64,000 nt of DNA from an uncultured delta proteobacterium (lineage in GTDB: Bacteria; Myxococcota; Myxococcia; Myxococcales; Myxococcaceae): positions 128,001 through 192,000 of the forward strand of contig CAVZMH010000001.1 of NCBI GenBank assembly GCA_963776345.1, in the 5' to 3' direction. The notes below the pieces were generated by a model. The model worked only from the letters and a program-made list of their open reading frames with translations, searched no databases and was not told the DNA's origin. The position numbers and the translations under genes were made by a program. Below, piece by piece: positions 11,698 to 22,999 of the stretch. Positions within the stretch are counted from its first letter, which is position 1, and the number at the start of each line of letters is the position of its first letter.

Positions 11698-11867
11698 GGA
11701 GTGACTCCCTCCGCCACCGGGCGGACCTGGGGATGAAGGACCCGCCCTTGCGCACCGGGCCCGTAGAAGGCGATGCCCAGCCCGAGCAGCGCGGCCACCA
11801 CCGCGAGCACCGTCGCCGCGGTCAGCCGGGTGATCCATCTCTCGAAGCTGTCGGTCGCAGGACTCAT
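11694..11867 (-). CDS. Small (57 aa) single-TM hypothetical protein within the gsp operon
   Basis: MSPATDSFERWITRLTAATVLAVVAALLGLGIAFY... It exactly fills the gspF-gspG gap, with 4-bp ATGA overlaps at both ends. Confidence 0.75.
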   Translation of the reverse strand: MSPATDSFERWITRLTAATVLAVVAALLGLGIAFYGPGAQGRVLHPQVRPVAEGVTP

Positions 11868-13135
11868 CGGATCGCCGTGTTGAGCTGGAGGATCGGCATC
11901 AGGATGCTGAAGGCGACGAAGGCCACCGCCACGCCCATGGCGACGATGATCAGCGGCTCCATCAACGCGGTCAGCGCGCCGATCCGCACGCTGACCTGGT
12001 TCTCGTAGCTGTCGGCGACGTTGAGCAGCATCTCCTCCAGCTGCCCGGTTCGCTCGCCGATGGCGATCATGTGGTGCACCAGCGGCGGGAACTCGCCGGA
12101 GCGCTTCAGCGGCCCGGCGATGCTCTCGCCCTCGCGGATGGCGTCGCGGGCGTTCTCCACCACGCCCGAGAGCACCCCGTTGCTGATCACGTTCTTGGTG
12201 ATGTCCATCGCGGTGAGCAGCGGGACGCCGCTCCGGAGCAGCGTGGCCAGCGTCCGGCTGAAGCGGGAGATGGCCAGCATCCGCACCAGGCTCCCGAACA
12301 CCGGGGCCCGGAGCACGAAGCGGTCCCACACCGGGCGGCCCTTCGGACCGTTCTTCCAGCGGATGAAGCCCACGATTCCGCCCGCGAGCAGCGGGAACAG
12401 CAGCCACCACCAGTCGGCGAGCACGTTGCTGGTGAAGATCAGGAGCCGGGTGGTCCAGGGCAGCGTCACCTTCATGCTCTCGAAGATCTTGGTGACCTTC
12501 GGGACCACCACGGTCATCAGCAGAGCCAGGATGCCCGATCCGATGATGCTCATGATCACCGGGTAGATGAGGGTGCCCAATACTTTCTGGCGGAGCTTCG
12601 CCTGCCCCTCGGTGAAGTCCGCCAGCCGGGCGAGCACCGCGTCCAGCGCGCCCGAGGCTTCGCCCGCGCGCACCATGTTCACGTAGAGCGAGTTGAAGAT
12701 CTTCCCGTGCTGTGCCAGCCCGTCGGCCAGCGAGCTGCCCTCGTTCACCCGGGTCTTCACCTCGGAGATGATGCGCTTGAGCCGCTCCTTCTCCGTCTGG
12801 TCCACCAGGGCGGTGAGCGCGTCGATCAGCGTCACGCCGGCGTGGAGCAGGGTGGAGAGCTGGCGGGTGAAGATGGCGACGTCGTCCGAGTTGACCCGGC
12901 CGCGCAGCAGCTTGCCGAGATGGACGTCACGGCTGCCGAGAGACGGCTTCGGCTGCGCGACCGCCGTCCCGTTGGCGCGGCGCGAGCCGGTGGACTCCCG
13001 CTCGGCCAGCACGTCGGTGAGGAACACCCCGGAGCGCTTGAGCTGCTGGCGCAGCGCGCGGCTGGTGTCCGCCTCCAGGAGGCCCTTGACCTGCTTCCCG
13101 GCGGGGGTGAGACCTCTGTACTCGAAGACGGGCAT
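11864..13135 (-). CDS. gspF: Type II secretion inner-membrane platform GspF
   Basis: MPVFEY, FTRQLSTLL.AG, AGEASG.L, YP, GE.TG.LE.ML, EP motifs. Confidence 0.96.
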   Translation of the reverse strand: MPVFEYRGLTPAGKQVKGLLEADTSRALRQQLKRSGVFLTDVLAERESTGSRRANGTAVAQPKPSLGSRDVHLGKLLRGRVNSDDVAIFTRQLSTLLHAGVTLIDALTALVDQTEKERLKRIISEVKTRVNEGSSLADGLAQHGKIFNSLYVNMVRAGEASGALDAVLARLADFTEGQAKLRQKVLGTLIYPVIMSIIGSGILALLMTVVVPKVTKIFESMKVTLPWTTRLLIFTSNVLADWWWLLFPLLAGGIVGFIRWKNGPKGRPVWDRFVLRAPVFGSLVRMLAISRFSRTLATLLRSGVPLLTAMDITKNVISNGVLSGVVENARDAIREGESIAGPLKRSGEFPPLVHHMIAIGERTGQLEEMLLNVADSYENQVSVRIGALTALMEPLIIVAMGVAVAFVAFSILMPILQLNTAIR

Positions 13136-13141
13136 CGGACG

Positions 13142-14899
13142 TCAGATGTCTTCCTGGGTGACGCTCAGCACCTCGGCCAGGGTGGTCTCTCCGGCCAGGA
13201 CCTTGCGGGCCCCGTCGTCGAGCAGGGTGCGCATGCCCCTGTGCACCCCTGCCCGCTTGATGCTGGTCGAGTCCACGTTCTTCAGCGCCAGCTGGCGGAT
13301 GTCGTCGTCCACCAGCAGGAGCTCGTAGATGCCGGTCCGGCCGCGGTAGCCGTTTCCGCAGACCTCGCAGCCCTTCGCCCGGTAGATGGGGGGGTTCCCG
13401 GCCTTCGCCACCGCCTCGGGCGTGAGCCCCACCTCCTTCAGCTCCTCGGCGGTGGGCCGGTACGCCTCCCGGCACTCCCGGCACACCCGCCGGACGAGGC
13501 GCTGGGCCATCACCGCGGTGAGCGACGAGGCGACCAGGAACGGCTCGACGCCCATGTCCACCAGACGGGTGATGGCGCTGGCCGCGTCGTTGGTGTGGAC
13601 GGTGGAGAAGACCAGGTGGCCGGTGAGCGAGGCCTGGATCGCGATCTCCGCCGTCTCCCGGTCGCGGATCTCGCCCACCATGATCACGTCCGGGTCCTGG
13701 CGGAGGAAGCTCCGCAGCCCCGCGGCGAAGGTGAGGCCGATCTTGGGGTTGATCGCCATCTGCCCGATGCCCTGGAGCTGGTACTCCACCGGGTCCTCGA
13801 CGGTGAGGATGTTCAGGTCCGGGGTGTTGATCCGGCTCAGCGCCGCGTAGAGGGTGGTGGTCTTCCCCGAGCCGGTGGGGCCGGTGACCAGGATGATCCC
13901 GTGCGAGCGGCGGATCACCGCGTCCATCCCGTGCATCGTGTCCTGGGACATGCCGATGTCCGTCAGGTCGAGCAGGGTGGTGTTCTTGTCCAGGAGCCGC
14001 ATCACGATCCGCTCGCCAAAAGTGCAGGGGATGGTGGAGAGGCGGATGTCGATGTCGCGGCCGGCGAGCTTGATCCGGATCCGGCCGTCCTGCGGGAGCC
14101 GCTTCTCGGCGATGTTCAGCTGCCCCATCACCTTCACCCGGCTGACGATGCTGTTCTGGTAGCGCTTGGGCGGCTTGATGATCTCCTGAAGGACGCCGTC
14201 GATCCGGAAGCGCACCAGCAGCTCGCGCTCCATCGGCTCGATGTGGATGTCGCTCGCCCGCTCCTTCGCCGCGCGGAAGAGCAGCGAGTTCACCAGCCGG
14301 ATGATCGGCGCCTCGTCGTCGGTGTCGAGGAGGTCCTGCGGCTCCTCCAGCTCGTGGGCCAGGCTCTGGAGGTCCTGGGCCTCCATCTCGCCCACCAGCT
14401 GCTCGGCCTCGTTCACCGCCCGGTCATAGACCGCGTTGATCGCATCGACGATGACCGCGCCGGTGGCCACCCGGGGTGAGATGTTGCGCTGGAGCAGCAT
14501 CCGGGCGTGGTCCAGCACCGTGGTGTCCAGCGGGTCGGCCACCAGCAGCGCCACCGACTCGCCGTCCAGCCCCAGGGGGAGGATCAGCGTCTGCTTGGCG
14601 AAGTTGATCGGCACCTGGCGAACCAGCTCGGCGTCCACCGCGTCGAGCGAGACCTGGGCGACGTAGGGCAGGTCCAGCTGCAGGGCGAGCGCCTTCGCCA
14701 CGTCCTCGGCCGAGACCGCCTTCCGGGCGACCAGCACCTCGCCCAGCCGCCCGCCCTCGTCCGCCTGGGCGCGGAGCGCCTCCTCCAGCACGGCCTCGCT
14801 CAGGCCGGCGACGGCGCGGAGGATCTCCCCGAGCGGACGGCCGACCAGCGAGGTCTGCGCGGGAGGGGGAACGGAACGGAGCTCGACGGATTCACGCAT
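13142..14899 (-). CDS. gspE: Type II secretion ATPase GspE
   Basis: ASDIHIEP, RLPQDGRI, GPTGSGKTTTLY, LRQDPD, CxxC...CxxC zinc motif, MshEN-like N-terminus. Confidence 0.97.
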   Translation of the reverse strand: MRESVELRSVPPPAQTSLVGRPLGEILRAVAGLSEAVLEEALRAQADEGGRLGEVLVARKAVSAEDVAKALALQLDLPYVAQVSLDAVDAELVRQVPINFAKQTLILPLGLDGESVALLVADPLDTTVLDHARMLLQRNISPRVATGAVIVDAINAVYDRAVNEAEQLVGEMEAQDLQSLAHELEEPQDLLDTDDEAPIIRLVNSLLFRAAKERASDIHIEPMERELLVRFRIDGVLQEIIKPPKRYQNSIVSRVKVMGQLNIAEKRLPQDGRIRIKLAGRDIDIRLSTIPCTFGERIVMRLLDKNTTLLDLTDIGMSQDTMHGMDAVIRRSHGIILVTGPTGSGKTTTLYAALSRINTPDLNILTVEDPVEYQLQGIGQMAINPKIGLTFAAGLRSFLRQDPDVIMVGEIRDRETAEIAIQASLTGHLVFSTVHTNDAASAITRLVDMGVEPFLVASSLTAVMAQRLVRRVCRECREAYRPTAEELKEVGLTPEAVAKAGNPPIYRAKGCEVCGNGYRGRTGIYELLLVDDDIRQLALKNVDSTSIKRAGVHRGMRTLLDDGARKVLAGETTLAEVLSVTQEDI

Positions 14900-14909
14900 G
14901 ACGGGTTGG

Positions 14910-17597
14910 CTAACGGCTCTGACCCCCGGGCTGCACCTTCAGCCGGTCGTCGGTGGGGGGCGCGGGCGCGGTCGGGGCCGGAGGAGGCGCGGACTGCGGC
15001 GCCGTGCCCGGCGCGGGAGTCACCGTGCCCGGCGGCCCGAGCGGACCCGCGGGGGCGGGCGCCGGCACCGGCTGGCCGGACTGAAGCAGCTGCTGGCCGA
15101 TGCCCGCCGGCGAGGTCGGGGTGCCGGCCGGCGCCGGAGCCGCGCCCTGGCCCAGCGTGCCGGGGCGGAACACCTGCTCGCCCGGCAGCCCGGGTCCGCC
15201 GTTCTCGACCTTCATCTCCTCGCGCATCACCAGCTGGTTCATCTTCGCCAGCGGTCCCGGCTTGCGGCCGAAGTCGATGGGCACGTCGTAGCCCGGCACC
15301 TGCCCGTAGAACTCCTCCACGAAGCGCTGCCGCTCGGCCATCTTCTTCTCGAAGATGCGCCGGAAGTCCGAGGCGTCCCGGATGATGTACGGGGTCAGGA
15401 AGAGCAGGAGGTTCACCTTCACCTTCCGGCGGGTGGTCTCGCGGAAGAGGTAGCCGAGGATGGGGATGTCTCCGAGGATCGGCACCTTGCCGATGGACTC
15501 GATGGTCCGCTCCTGCATGATGCCGCCGATCACCACCGTCTCCTGGTCCTTGGCCACCACCGTGGTCTTGGCGGTGCGCTTGCTGGTGGTGGGGCCGAGC
15601 ACCGGGTCGGTGGAGGCGATCTCCTCGGTGCTCTCGTTGATGACCATCCGGATGTAGTCGCTGGCGTTGATCTGCGGCTTGATGTTGAGCTTCAGCTCCA
15701 CGTTCTGCCGGTTGATCGGCGCGTAGTAGGAGCCGATGCCGCCAAGCAGCGAGCCGGCGCCGGCCAGCGAGCCCGTGGGGAGCGTGGTGCCGGTGCCGGT
15801 GGGGAGCTGGGGCGCGAAGCCGGCCTGGAACGGAACGTTCTGGCCGACGGTGATCTCCGCCTCCTCGTTGTCGCTGGTGAGGAGATGGGGCGTGCTGAGC
15901 ACGTTCACGTCCGAGCTCTGCTGCAGCGCGTGCAGGACGATGCCGAACGAGGGGATGGAGAGCCCGAGCTTGTCGAACGCCGGGATGGTCGGTCCCTGCA
16001 GGCCGGCCAGGAACCCGCCGTACGACGCCAGGTTGGTCAGCGAGAACGAGGGCGGGACGCCGCTGCTGGTGTACTTGGTCCCCACGATTCCCGCGGCCTG
16101 ACCCTGCGAGGTGTTGACGGTGTAGCCCTGGTGGAGGCTGATGCCGAACTCGGTGTTCCGGTCGAGGTTGACCTCCATGATCACCGCCTCGACGAAGACC
16201 TGCCGCCGCGAGATGTCCAGCTTCTCGATGACCCGGACCAGGTTCCGGTAGTCCGACTGGCTGGCCACCACCACCAGCGAGTTGGTCGCCTTGTCGGGCG
16301 AGATCTTCACCTCGCCCTGGAAGAGCTCGGCCGCGGTGACCCCGCCCGGTGCTCCGGGGCGCACCGGCGGCGGCGCCACGCCGGGGATGTTGGGCCCCGG
16401 CTGGCTGCCGCTCCGGGGGCGGTTGGCGGTGCCCTGGGCCAGCGACTGGAGGGTGGCGGCGATGTCCTCGGCGTTGGCGTTCTGCAGCCCGTAGACGTTG
16501 ATCCGTCCCTCGCCGCTGATCGGAACGTCGATCTCCCTGATCAGCGCGTCGATGCGCTCGTTGGCCGCGGGGGTGGCCACCACCACCAGCTTGTTGGTGC
16601 GCTCGTCGGCGATGAGGGTGGTGACCGTGGCCGGACCGCCGGGCGTGGCCACCCCCGGGGTGCTGCCGGCCGGCGCTGCGGGCACTCCAAGCACCGGGGT
16701 GGGGGCCACGGTCAGCCCGGGGCGCGCCCCGGGTCGGTTGGCCTTGGCGTCGAACAGCTTCTGGATGGTGGCGGCCAGGTCCTGCGCCGAGGCGTAGCGG
16801 ACCTGGATGACCCGCATCTCGTCCGAGCTGGAGCGGCTGTCCAGCTGCTCGATGATCCGCTCCAGCCGGTGCATGTTCGAGCCGATGTCGTTGACGATCA
16901 GCGTGTCCGGCTGGAAGGGGATGGTGTCGCCGTTCTGGCTCACCAGCTGCTGCACCACGCCCCGCAGCGGCTCGAGGTCCGCGTAGCGGATCTTGAACAT
17001 GCGGGTGAGCATCTGCTCGTTGGTGGTGTACGGCTCGTCCGAGCCGACCACCGGGATGTTGTTCTGCTTGGCCTTGGCCTTCTCCACGATCTTGGAGAAG
17101 CGTCCGTAGGGAACGACCGCCAGCTGGTTCGCGTCCAGCGCGGCGAGGAAGGCGGCGTAGAACTCCTCCGGGCCGACGTCCACCTTCCCGTTGTCCGGGC
17201 CGATGATGGAGATCTTGCCTCGCACGTTGTCGCCGAGGATGAAGGTCCGGCAGGTGGCGTTGGAGACGGTCTGGACCAGCTTCTCGATGTCCACCTTGTC
17301 GAAGTAGACGTTGAAGCGCGCCTTCTTCCGGACCTCGGAGCAGTTGGGGGTGGTGGACGCGGTGGTGGCCTCACCGGCGGGCACCGCCGACGGCTGTCGG
17401 CCCGGCGGCTGGGCCGGCGCGGCCACCGGGGCGGGCGCGGGCTGCGCGGCGGCCGGCGTCGTGGGGACTCCGGCGGGGGTGGGGACCGGCCGTCCGCTCC
17501 GCATCGGGCCCGGAGGCGAGGCCGGCGGCGGTTGGGGCGGCGGTGAGCCGGCCTGGGCGAGCAGGGCCAGCGCAAGGCAAGGCAGGAGAGCGCTCAT
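14910..17597 (-). CDS. gspD: Type II secretion secretin GspD
   Basis: Signal peptide, N domains, QVFVEAVIMEV, KVPILGDIPILGYLFR, LLLFLTP.II; Pro-rich termini. Confidence 0.96.
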   Translation of the reverse strand: MSALLPCLALALLAQAGSPPPQPPPASPPGPMRSGRPVPTPAGVPTTPAAAQPAPAPVAAPAQPPGRQPSAVPAGEATTASTTPNCSEVRKKARFNVYFDKVDIEKLVQTVSNATCRTFILGDNVRGKISIIGPDNGKVDVGPEEFYAAFLAALDANQLAVVPYGRFSKIVEKAKAKQNNIPVVGSDEPYTTNEQMLTRMFKIRYADLEPLRGVVQQLVSQNGDTIPFQPDTLIVNDIGSNMHRLERIIEQLDSRSSSDEMRVIQVRYASAQDLAATIQKLFDAKANRPGARPGLTVAPTPVLGVPAAPAGSTPGVATPGGPATVTTLIADERTNKLVVVATPAANERIDALIREIDVPISGEGRINVYGLQNANAEDIAATLQSLAQGTANRPRSGSQPGPNIPGVAPPPVRPGAPGGVTAAELFQGEVKISPDKATNSLVVVASQSDYRNLVRVIEKLDISRRQVFVEAVIMEVNLDRNTEFGISLHQGYTVNTSQGQAAGIVGTKYTSSGVPPSFSLTNLASYGGFLAGLQGPTIPAFDKLGLSIPSFGIVLHALQQSSDVNVLSTPHLLTSDNEEAEITVGQNVPFQAGFAPQLPTGTGTTLPTGSLAGAGSLLGGIGSYYAPINRQNVELKLNIKPQINASDYIRMVINESTEEIASTDPVLGPTTSKRTAKTTVVAKDQETVVIGGIMQERTIESIGKVPILGDIPILGYLFRETTRRKVKVNLLLFLTPYIIRDASDFRRIFEKKMAERQRFVEEFYGQVPGYDVPIDFGRKPGPLAKMNQLVMREEMKVENGGPGLPGEQVFRPGTLGQGAAPAPAGTPTSPAGIGQQLLQSGQPVPAPAPAGPLGPPGTVTPAPGTAPQSAPPPAPTAPAPPTDDRLKVQPGGQSR

Positions 17598-17599
17598 GG

Positions 17600-18490
17600 T
17601 CAGCGGACGTTGTAGGTCTTGCGAAGCGAGGAGCCGTTCCGGTCGAGCTCGATGTCGATGCGGTTGGTGTCTTTCAGCTTGGTGTAGACCTCGAGCGCCT
17701 TCTCCGGGCTGTTCATCTCGAAGCCGTTGATGCGCTTGATGACGTCCCCGTTGACGATCCCGATCTTCGAGTAGAGCGAGTCGGGTCGGATGGAGAAGAG
17801 CTTGAACCCCTCGGCCTGCCCGTCCTTGAAGGCGGGCACGATGCGGGCCTGCATCGCCAGGTCGTTCAGGTTGGCCAGCGCCCGGTCCACCTCGCTCTTC
17901 GGGACGTTGTAGTTGTTCTCGTCCAGCGCCTGGATGCCCGCGCCGATGGCCGGCTCGCCCACCGGGCGGGTGGCGGCGATCGGCGGCGGCACCGGCGCGC
18001 CTTCACCGGCCTCGGCGCCGATGTACTCGCGGCGTCCGTTGTTGGCGATGATGATCCGGTCGCGCTGGATCTGCAGCACCTCGGCGTTCTGCACCCTGTC
18101 GCCCACCATCACCGTGGAGGACCTCTGGTTGCTCAGGTCGAGGAGGGAGCCGATCGACCAGCCGGGCGCGGTGCTGACCAGCGTGCCCAGCAGCTTCACC
18201 CGGAGCGAGGTCCGCACCGGCTCGGCGCTCATGTCCGGCTTCTCCTGCTCCTCCAGCGACTCCGGGCTGGGCAGCGGCAGGTTGGTGAGCTGGGCGAGCT
18301 TCGGCAGGTCCAGCGCGGCCGGCGCCTCTGCGGCGACCGTCCGTCCGGCGCCGCGGGCCGCCGGAGCGGAGGGGGCGGGGGCGATGGCGGCCTCGAGGAA
18401 GAGGTTGACGGTCTTCGCCGCGAGGAGCGCCGCCAGCGCCACGAAGCAGAGGTTGACCGCCCAGAAGTACTTCCGGATCACGAGTTCCAT
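17600..18490 (-). CDS. gspC: Type II secretion protein GspC (HR + PDZ)
   Basis: Start re-assigned to ATG 18490 (MELVIRKYFW). TM, LLGT HR domain, C-terminal PDZ (GFKLFSIRPDS...GDVI..ING). Confidence 0.92.
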   Translation of the reverse strand: MELVIRKYFWAVNLCFVALAALLAAKTVNLFLEAAIAPAPSAPAARGAGRTVAAEAPAALDLPKLAQLTNLPLPSPESLEEQEKPDMSAEPVRTSLRVKLLGTLVSTAPGWSIGSLLDLSNQRSSTVMVGDRVQNAEVLQIQRDRIIIANNGRREYIGAEAGEGAPVPPPIAATRPVGEPAIGAGIQALDENNYNVPKSEVDRALANLNDLAMQARIVPAFKDGQAEGFKLFSIRPDSLYSKIGIVNGDVIKRINGFEMNSPEKALEVYTKLKDTNRIDIELDRNGSSLRKTYNVR

Positions 18491-18523
18491 GTGGGTGGCC
18501 CACGGCGGGGCCAGGACACCGTC

Positions 18524-18540
18524 AGCAAGCCCGGTGCCAG
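18524..18540 (-). promoter_or_regulatory. Sigma54 (-24/-12) promoter of the gsp operon
   Basis: Minus strand reads CTGGCACCGGGCTTGCT = TGGCAC-N5-TTGC, 34 bp upstream of the gspC ATG. Confidence 0.85.
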
Positions 18541-18619
18541 CGGCGAAGCGCCCGAGGACAGCCGGGTTTCCCCGCAACCTTCCCGGTCAGGGGGCCTCGC
18601 CGGGAGGAGCCGCGGGCCG

Positions 18620-18636
18620 GTGAGACAAAATGTCAC
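18620..18636. promoter_or_regulatory. Candidate enhancer (EBP binding site) upstream of the gspC sigma54 promoter
   Basis: AT-rich dyad GTGAGACAAAATGTCAC (GACA-AAA-TGTC core), about 85-100 bp upstream of the -24 element. Confidence 0.55.
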
Positions 18637-18684
18637 TCCTCCGGCCGGTGGCCCGGGGCGGAACGTCAGCGCGCCCGTGGACGC

Positions 18685-20067
<1,383 letters not shown>

Positions 20068-20278
20068 CGGGAGACCGAGGAGTGTACCGCAGACTCGTCC
20101 GCGCGCCGGACCGCCGCTCGCTCGGGAGGGCGACCTCCCGCCCCGAGGTCAGTCGGCGCGCAACCCGGTGACCCTCGCGCGTATTCCCTGGCGCGGAGCG
20201 TCCGCTGTTTTCTTTCCGCGGGGTGCGCAGGCCTGCGAGAGTGGTGGGAGGTCACGTCCTCACCGGAGCACCGCTCGC

Positions 20279-21058
20279 ATGCCGCGCCTCGCCGCCCTCT
20301 CGTCCCTGCTCCTCCTTGCACTGGGCCTCGCCTGCGAGTCCGGTCCGCCCGCGCCGGCGTCCGTCCGCATCGCGCACTTCGTGCCGGACGTTCCGGGCAA
20401 CGGGGCGATCGACGTCTGCCTGAAGCCGGACGGGACGGCGGCGTTCTCGACGAGGTTCGTGCAGCAGGGCGGGCTGACCTTCGCCTCGCTCTCGTCGCGG
20501 ACCGACGTGGACGCCGGGACCTACTCCCTCCGCGTGGTGGGCGCATCGGCGACCGACTGCTCGACCTCGCTGAACGGGCTGGGCGACGTCGGGGGCATCG
20601 CCCTCGGGGAGGGTGGGGCGTACACCGTGGCGCTGGTCGGGCTTCTCGGTGGCACCGGCAACGGATCGGTGGCGGTGAGGACCTACGTCGACGACACCGC
20701 TGCGCCGGCGAGCCCGGCGGTCAAGCTGAGGTTCGTGCACGTCTCGCCCGAGCTGGGCGGCGTGGACCTGGGCGCGCTCTCCGGCGCCACCTTCCTCCCG
20801 CTGAACCCGGCGGTGACGCTCGGCTACCCGGCCGACTCGCAGTACTTCGTCTACCCCGGCGGGGTCACCGGGGCGAACCTGGCCATCGTGGACACCGGGA
20901 CCACCAACCTGCGGCTCTCCGGCCAGTTCAGCGTGCCCGGCGGAACCGCGGACAGCGTGTTCATCGTGGGCCGGCCGACCCAGACCTCGGGCGACCCCCG
21001 GCTCTCGTTCCTGCTCTGCCCCGAGAGCGGAACGCCGAGCTGCCTGCGCTTCCCCTGA
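20279..21058 (+). CDS. DUF4397-like lipoprotein
   Basis: Lipobox LGLA|C. Two repeats of the VR..H..PD...(I/V)D motif (VRIAHFVPD, LRFVHVSPE). Confidence 0.7.
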   Translation: MPRLAALSSLLLLALGLACESGPPAPASVRIAHFVPDVPGNGAIDVCLKPDGTAAFSTRFVQQGGLTFASLSSRTDVDAGTYSLRVVGASATDCSTSLNGLGDVGGIALGEGGAYTVALVGLLGGTGNGSVAVRTYVDDTAAPASPAVKLRFVHVSPELGGVDLGALSGATFLPLNPAVTLGYPADSQYFVYPGGVTGANLAIVDTGTTNLRLSGQFSVPGGTADSVFIVGRPTQTSGDPRLSFLLCPESGTPSCLRFP

Positions 21059-21061
21059 CGC

Positions 21062-22045
21062 TCACTCGGACTCGACCGGTCCGCCCACCCGCTGGATGTC
21101 GGACTCCTTCACCTTCTCGGCGTTGAAGCGCTCGGCGGCGCGGGTGAGCTTCTCCAGCGTGGCGTCGAACTCCGGCGGCGCCGAGCCGGGCTTCATGAAG
21201 CGCAGGTAGTTGATCCGCGCCACCACGAACGGCCTGAGGTACGGGCTGGTCATCCCCCGCGCCTTGAGCCGGCTCACGGCCGCGGTGACCGCGTCGTCCA
21301 GCTTCAGCACCGCCGCGGCGCGCTCCTCCCGGATGGCCAGCGCCTCGGCCAGCGGCTCGTCGAGGAACCCGTCGATGCGCCTGACGATCGGGTGGTAGGC
21401 GCCGCCCGACAGCCGCGGGCGCTGCTCGTAGGCCGCGCCGAGCGTGGCGAACGCCGGCTCCTCGAGGAGCGGGGCCACGTCCAGCTCGGTGCCCTTCCTC
21501 GTCTCGATCAAGCCCCGCAGCATGCGGATGACCTCCAGCGAGCGCTCCTTCAGGTTGTGCGCCTTCTCGGTGTTGAGGGCGAGGATCTGGAAGGCCACCT
21601 CGGGCTCGGGGAGCAGCAGCGCGAGCACCGTCTTGCCCCCGAGCGCCCGGATCGCCGCCAGCCGGTGGTTCCCGTTGGGGGTCCAGTAGCTGCCCTCGTG
21701 CCGGACGGCGATCAGCGGGTCGAGGAAGCGGTCCACCCGCTCCATCGCCGAGACCAGCCGCTTGACGTGCGGCTCGGAGAGGTCGCGCTGGTACGGGGTG
21801 GGCTGGACCTTGTCCACCGGGAGGGCGGCGAACAGCACCGCGTGTCCCCCCAGCGGCTCGCGGTAGACGGCGAGCACCCGCCCGCCGTCCGCCTCCACCT
21901 CGGCGGCCAGCGCCCGCGCCGCCTCCGGGATCTTCTCCCCGGTCTCGGGGGGAGAGAGTCCGCGCTGGGCGGGCGTGGCCTTCTTGCGGCGCGGGGTCTT
22001 GCGCTTCCGGGCAACCTGTCGGGCGGTCCTGGAGGTGGCGGGCAT
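21062..22045 (-). CDS. ParB/Srx N-terminal-domain protein (orphan)
   Basis: Start re-assigned to ATG 22045. QPTPYQR, FLDPLIAVR...NGNHRLAA, LALNTE resemble ParB boxes. Confidence 0.8.
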   Translation of the reverse strand: MPATSRTARQVARKRKTPRRKKATPAQRGLSPPETGEKIPEAARALAAEVEADGGRVLAVYREPLGGHAVLFAALPVDKVQPTPYQRDLSEPHVKRLVSAMERVDRFLDPLIAVRHEGSYWTPNGNHRLAAIRALGGKTVLALLLPEPEVAFQILALNTEKAHNLKERSLEVIRMLRGLIETRKGTELDVAPLLEEPAFATLGAAYEQRPRLSGGAYHPIVRRIDGFLDEPLAEALAIREERAAAVLKLDDAVTAAVSRLKARGMTSPYLRPFVVARINYLRFMKPGSAPPEFDATLEKLTRAAERFNAEKVKESDIQRVGGPVESE

Positions 22046-22099
22046 GGTCGGGAGGGTGGGAGATTGCCGCGCTCCGGGGTCCCGGGTCGAGGAGCTCGA

Positions 22100-22543
22100 A
22101 TGCGGGTGTCGACGATCGCGCTGGTGCTGGCCGGGCTGGCCGCGGTCGGAGCGGGGCTGTGGCTGCTCCGGCCCCCGCCGGCCTCCCCGGAGGAGCAGGT
22201 CCGCGCCGCGGTGGAGTCCATGGCCAGGGCGGCGCGTGCCCACGACGCCGCCGGCGTGCTGGAGCACGTCTCCGAGACCTTCCGGTCGCCCGAGCTCGGG
22301 GGCAAGGCCGAGCTCCGGGGCTACCTCCTCGGCGAGCTGCTGCGGGGCGGGGTGGTGGAGGCCCGGGTGCTGGATGCCCATGTGGAGGCGCTGCCCGAGG
22401 GACAGGTGCACTTCACCGGGCGCCTCCTGCTCGGGCGGACCTCGGGCGGGCTGGACCTGGGGCAGCGGGCCGTCGAGGCCACCTTCGCCAGCGAGCAGGG
22501 CACCTGGCGCGCGGTGCGCGCCCACGTCGAGCCGGTGCGTTAG
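22100..22543 (+). CDS. Membrane-anchored NTF2-like hypothetical protein
   Basis: ATG 22100, N-terminal TM, EEQVR.......A...D...V...VS..F pattern, C-terminal G.WR.V.A. Confidence 0.6.
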   Translation: MRVSTIALVLAGLAAVGAGLWLLRPPPASPEEQVRAAVESMARAARAHDAAGVLEHVSETFRSPELGGKAELRGYLLGELLRGGVVEARVLDAHVEALPEGQVHFTGRLLLGRTSGGLDLGQRAVEATFASEQGTWRAVRAHVEPVR

Positions 22544-22999
22544 CTACACGCCACTGAGGATCTTCCAGCCGTCGGCCTCGAGCTTGAGCTCCATGCGCTT
22601 GATGTCCGACTCGGTCATGCTCTTGCCGCCGAGCTTGAACTGCGAGACCCAGGTGTAGACCGCGCTCGCCCGGTCTCCCTTCACCTCGATGCTCTTGATC
22701 TCGATGCGCACCGCCACGTCCTGCAGCTTGGCCAGGCGCTGCGGCAGCACCGTGCGCAGCCGCTGCAGGTCGATGTCGTCGTCCGGGTTGAGCGTTCCGG
22801 CGTTGTCCCGGAAGGCCGGGTCGACCAGCGCCAGGATGGCCTGCGCGTCGCGCGCCTCGAGCGCCGAGTTGTAGCGCGAGATGACGTCGATGATCGCCCG
22901 GGTGTCGCCGGTGTCCTCGAGGTCGGTTCCGGGGATGCGGCGCGGACCGCAGCCGGCGAGGCCGAGCAGCGCGAGGAGCGGGACGAGCGCGCGCCTCAC
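22544..22999 (-). CDS. NTF2-like (DUF4440-like) lipoprotein
   Basis: GTG 22999 (GTGA overlap), lipobox LAG|C, Y..ALE.RD...IL.LV...F, C-terminal GWKILSG. Confidence 0.7.
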   Translation of the reverse strand: MRRALVPLLALLGLAGCGPRRIPGTDLEDTGDTRAIIDVISRYNSALEARDAQAILALVDPAFRDNAGTLNPDDDIDLQRLRTVLPQRLAKLQDVAVRIEIKSIEVKGDRASAVYTWVSQFKLGGKSMTESDIKRMELKLEADGWKILSGV

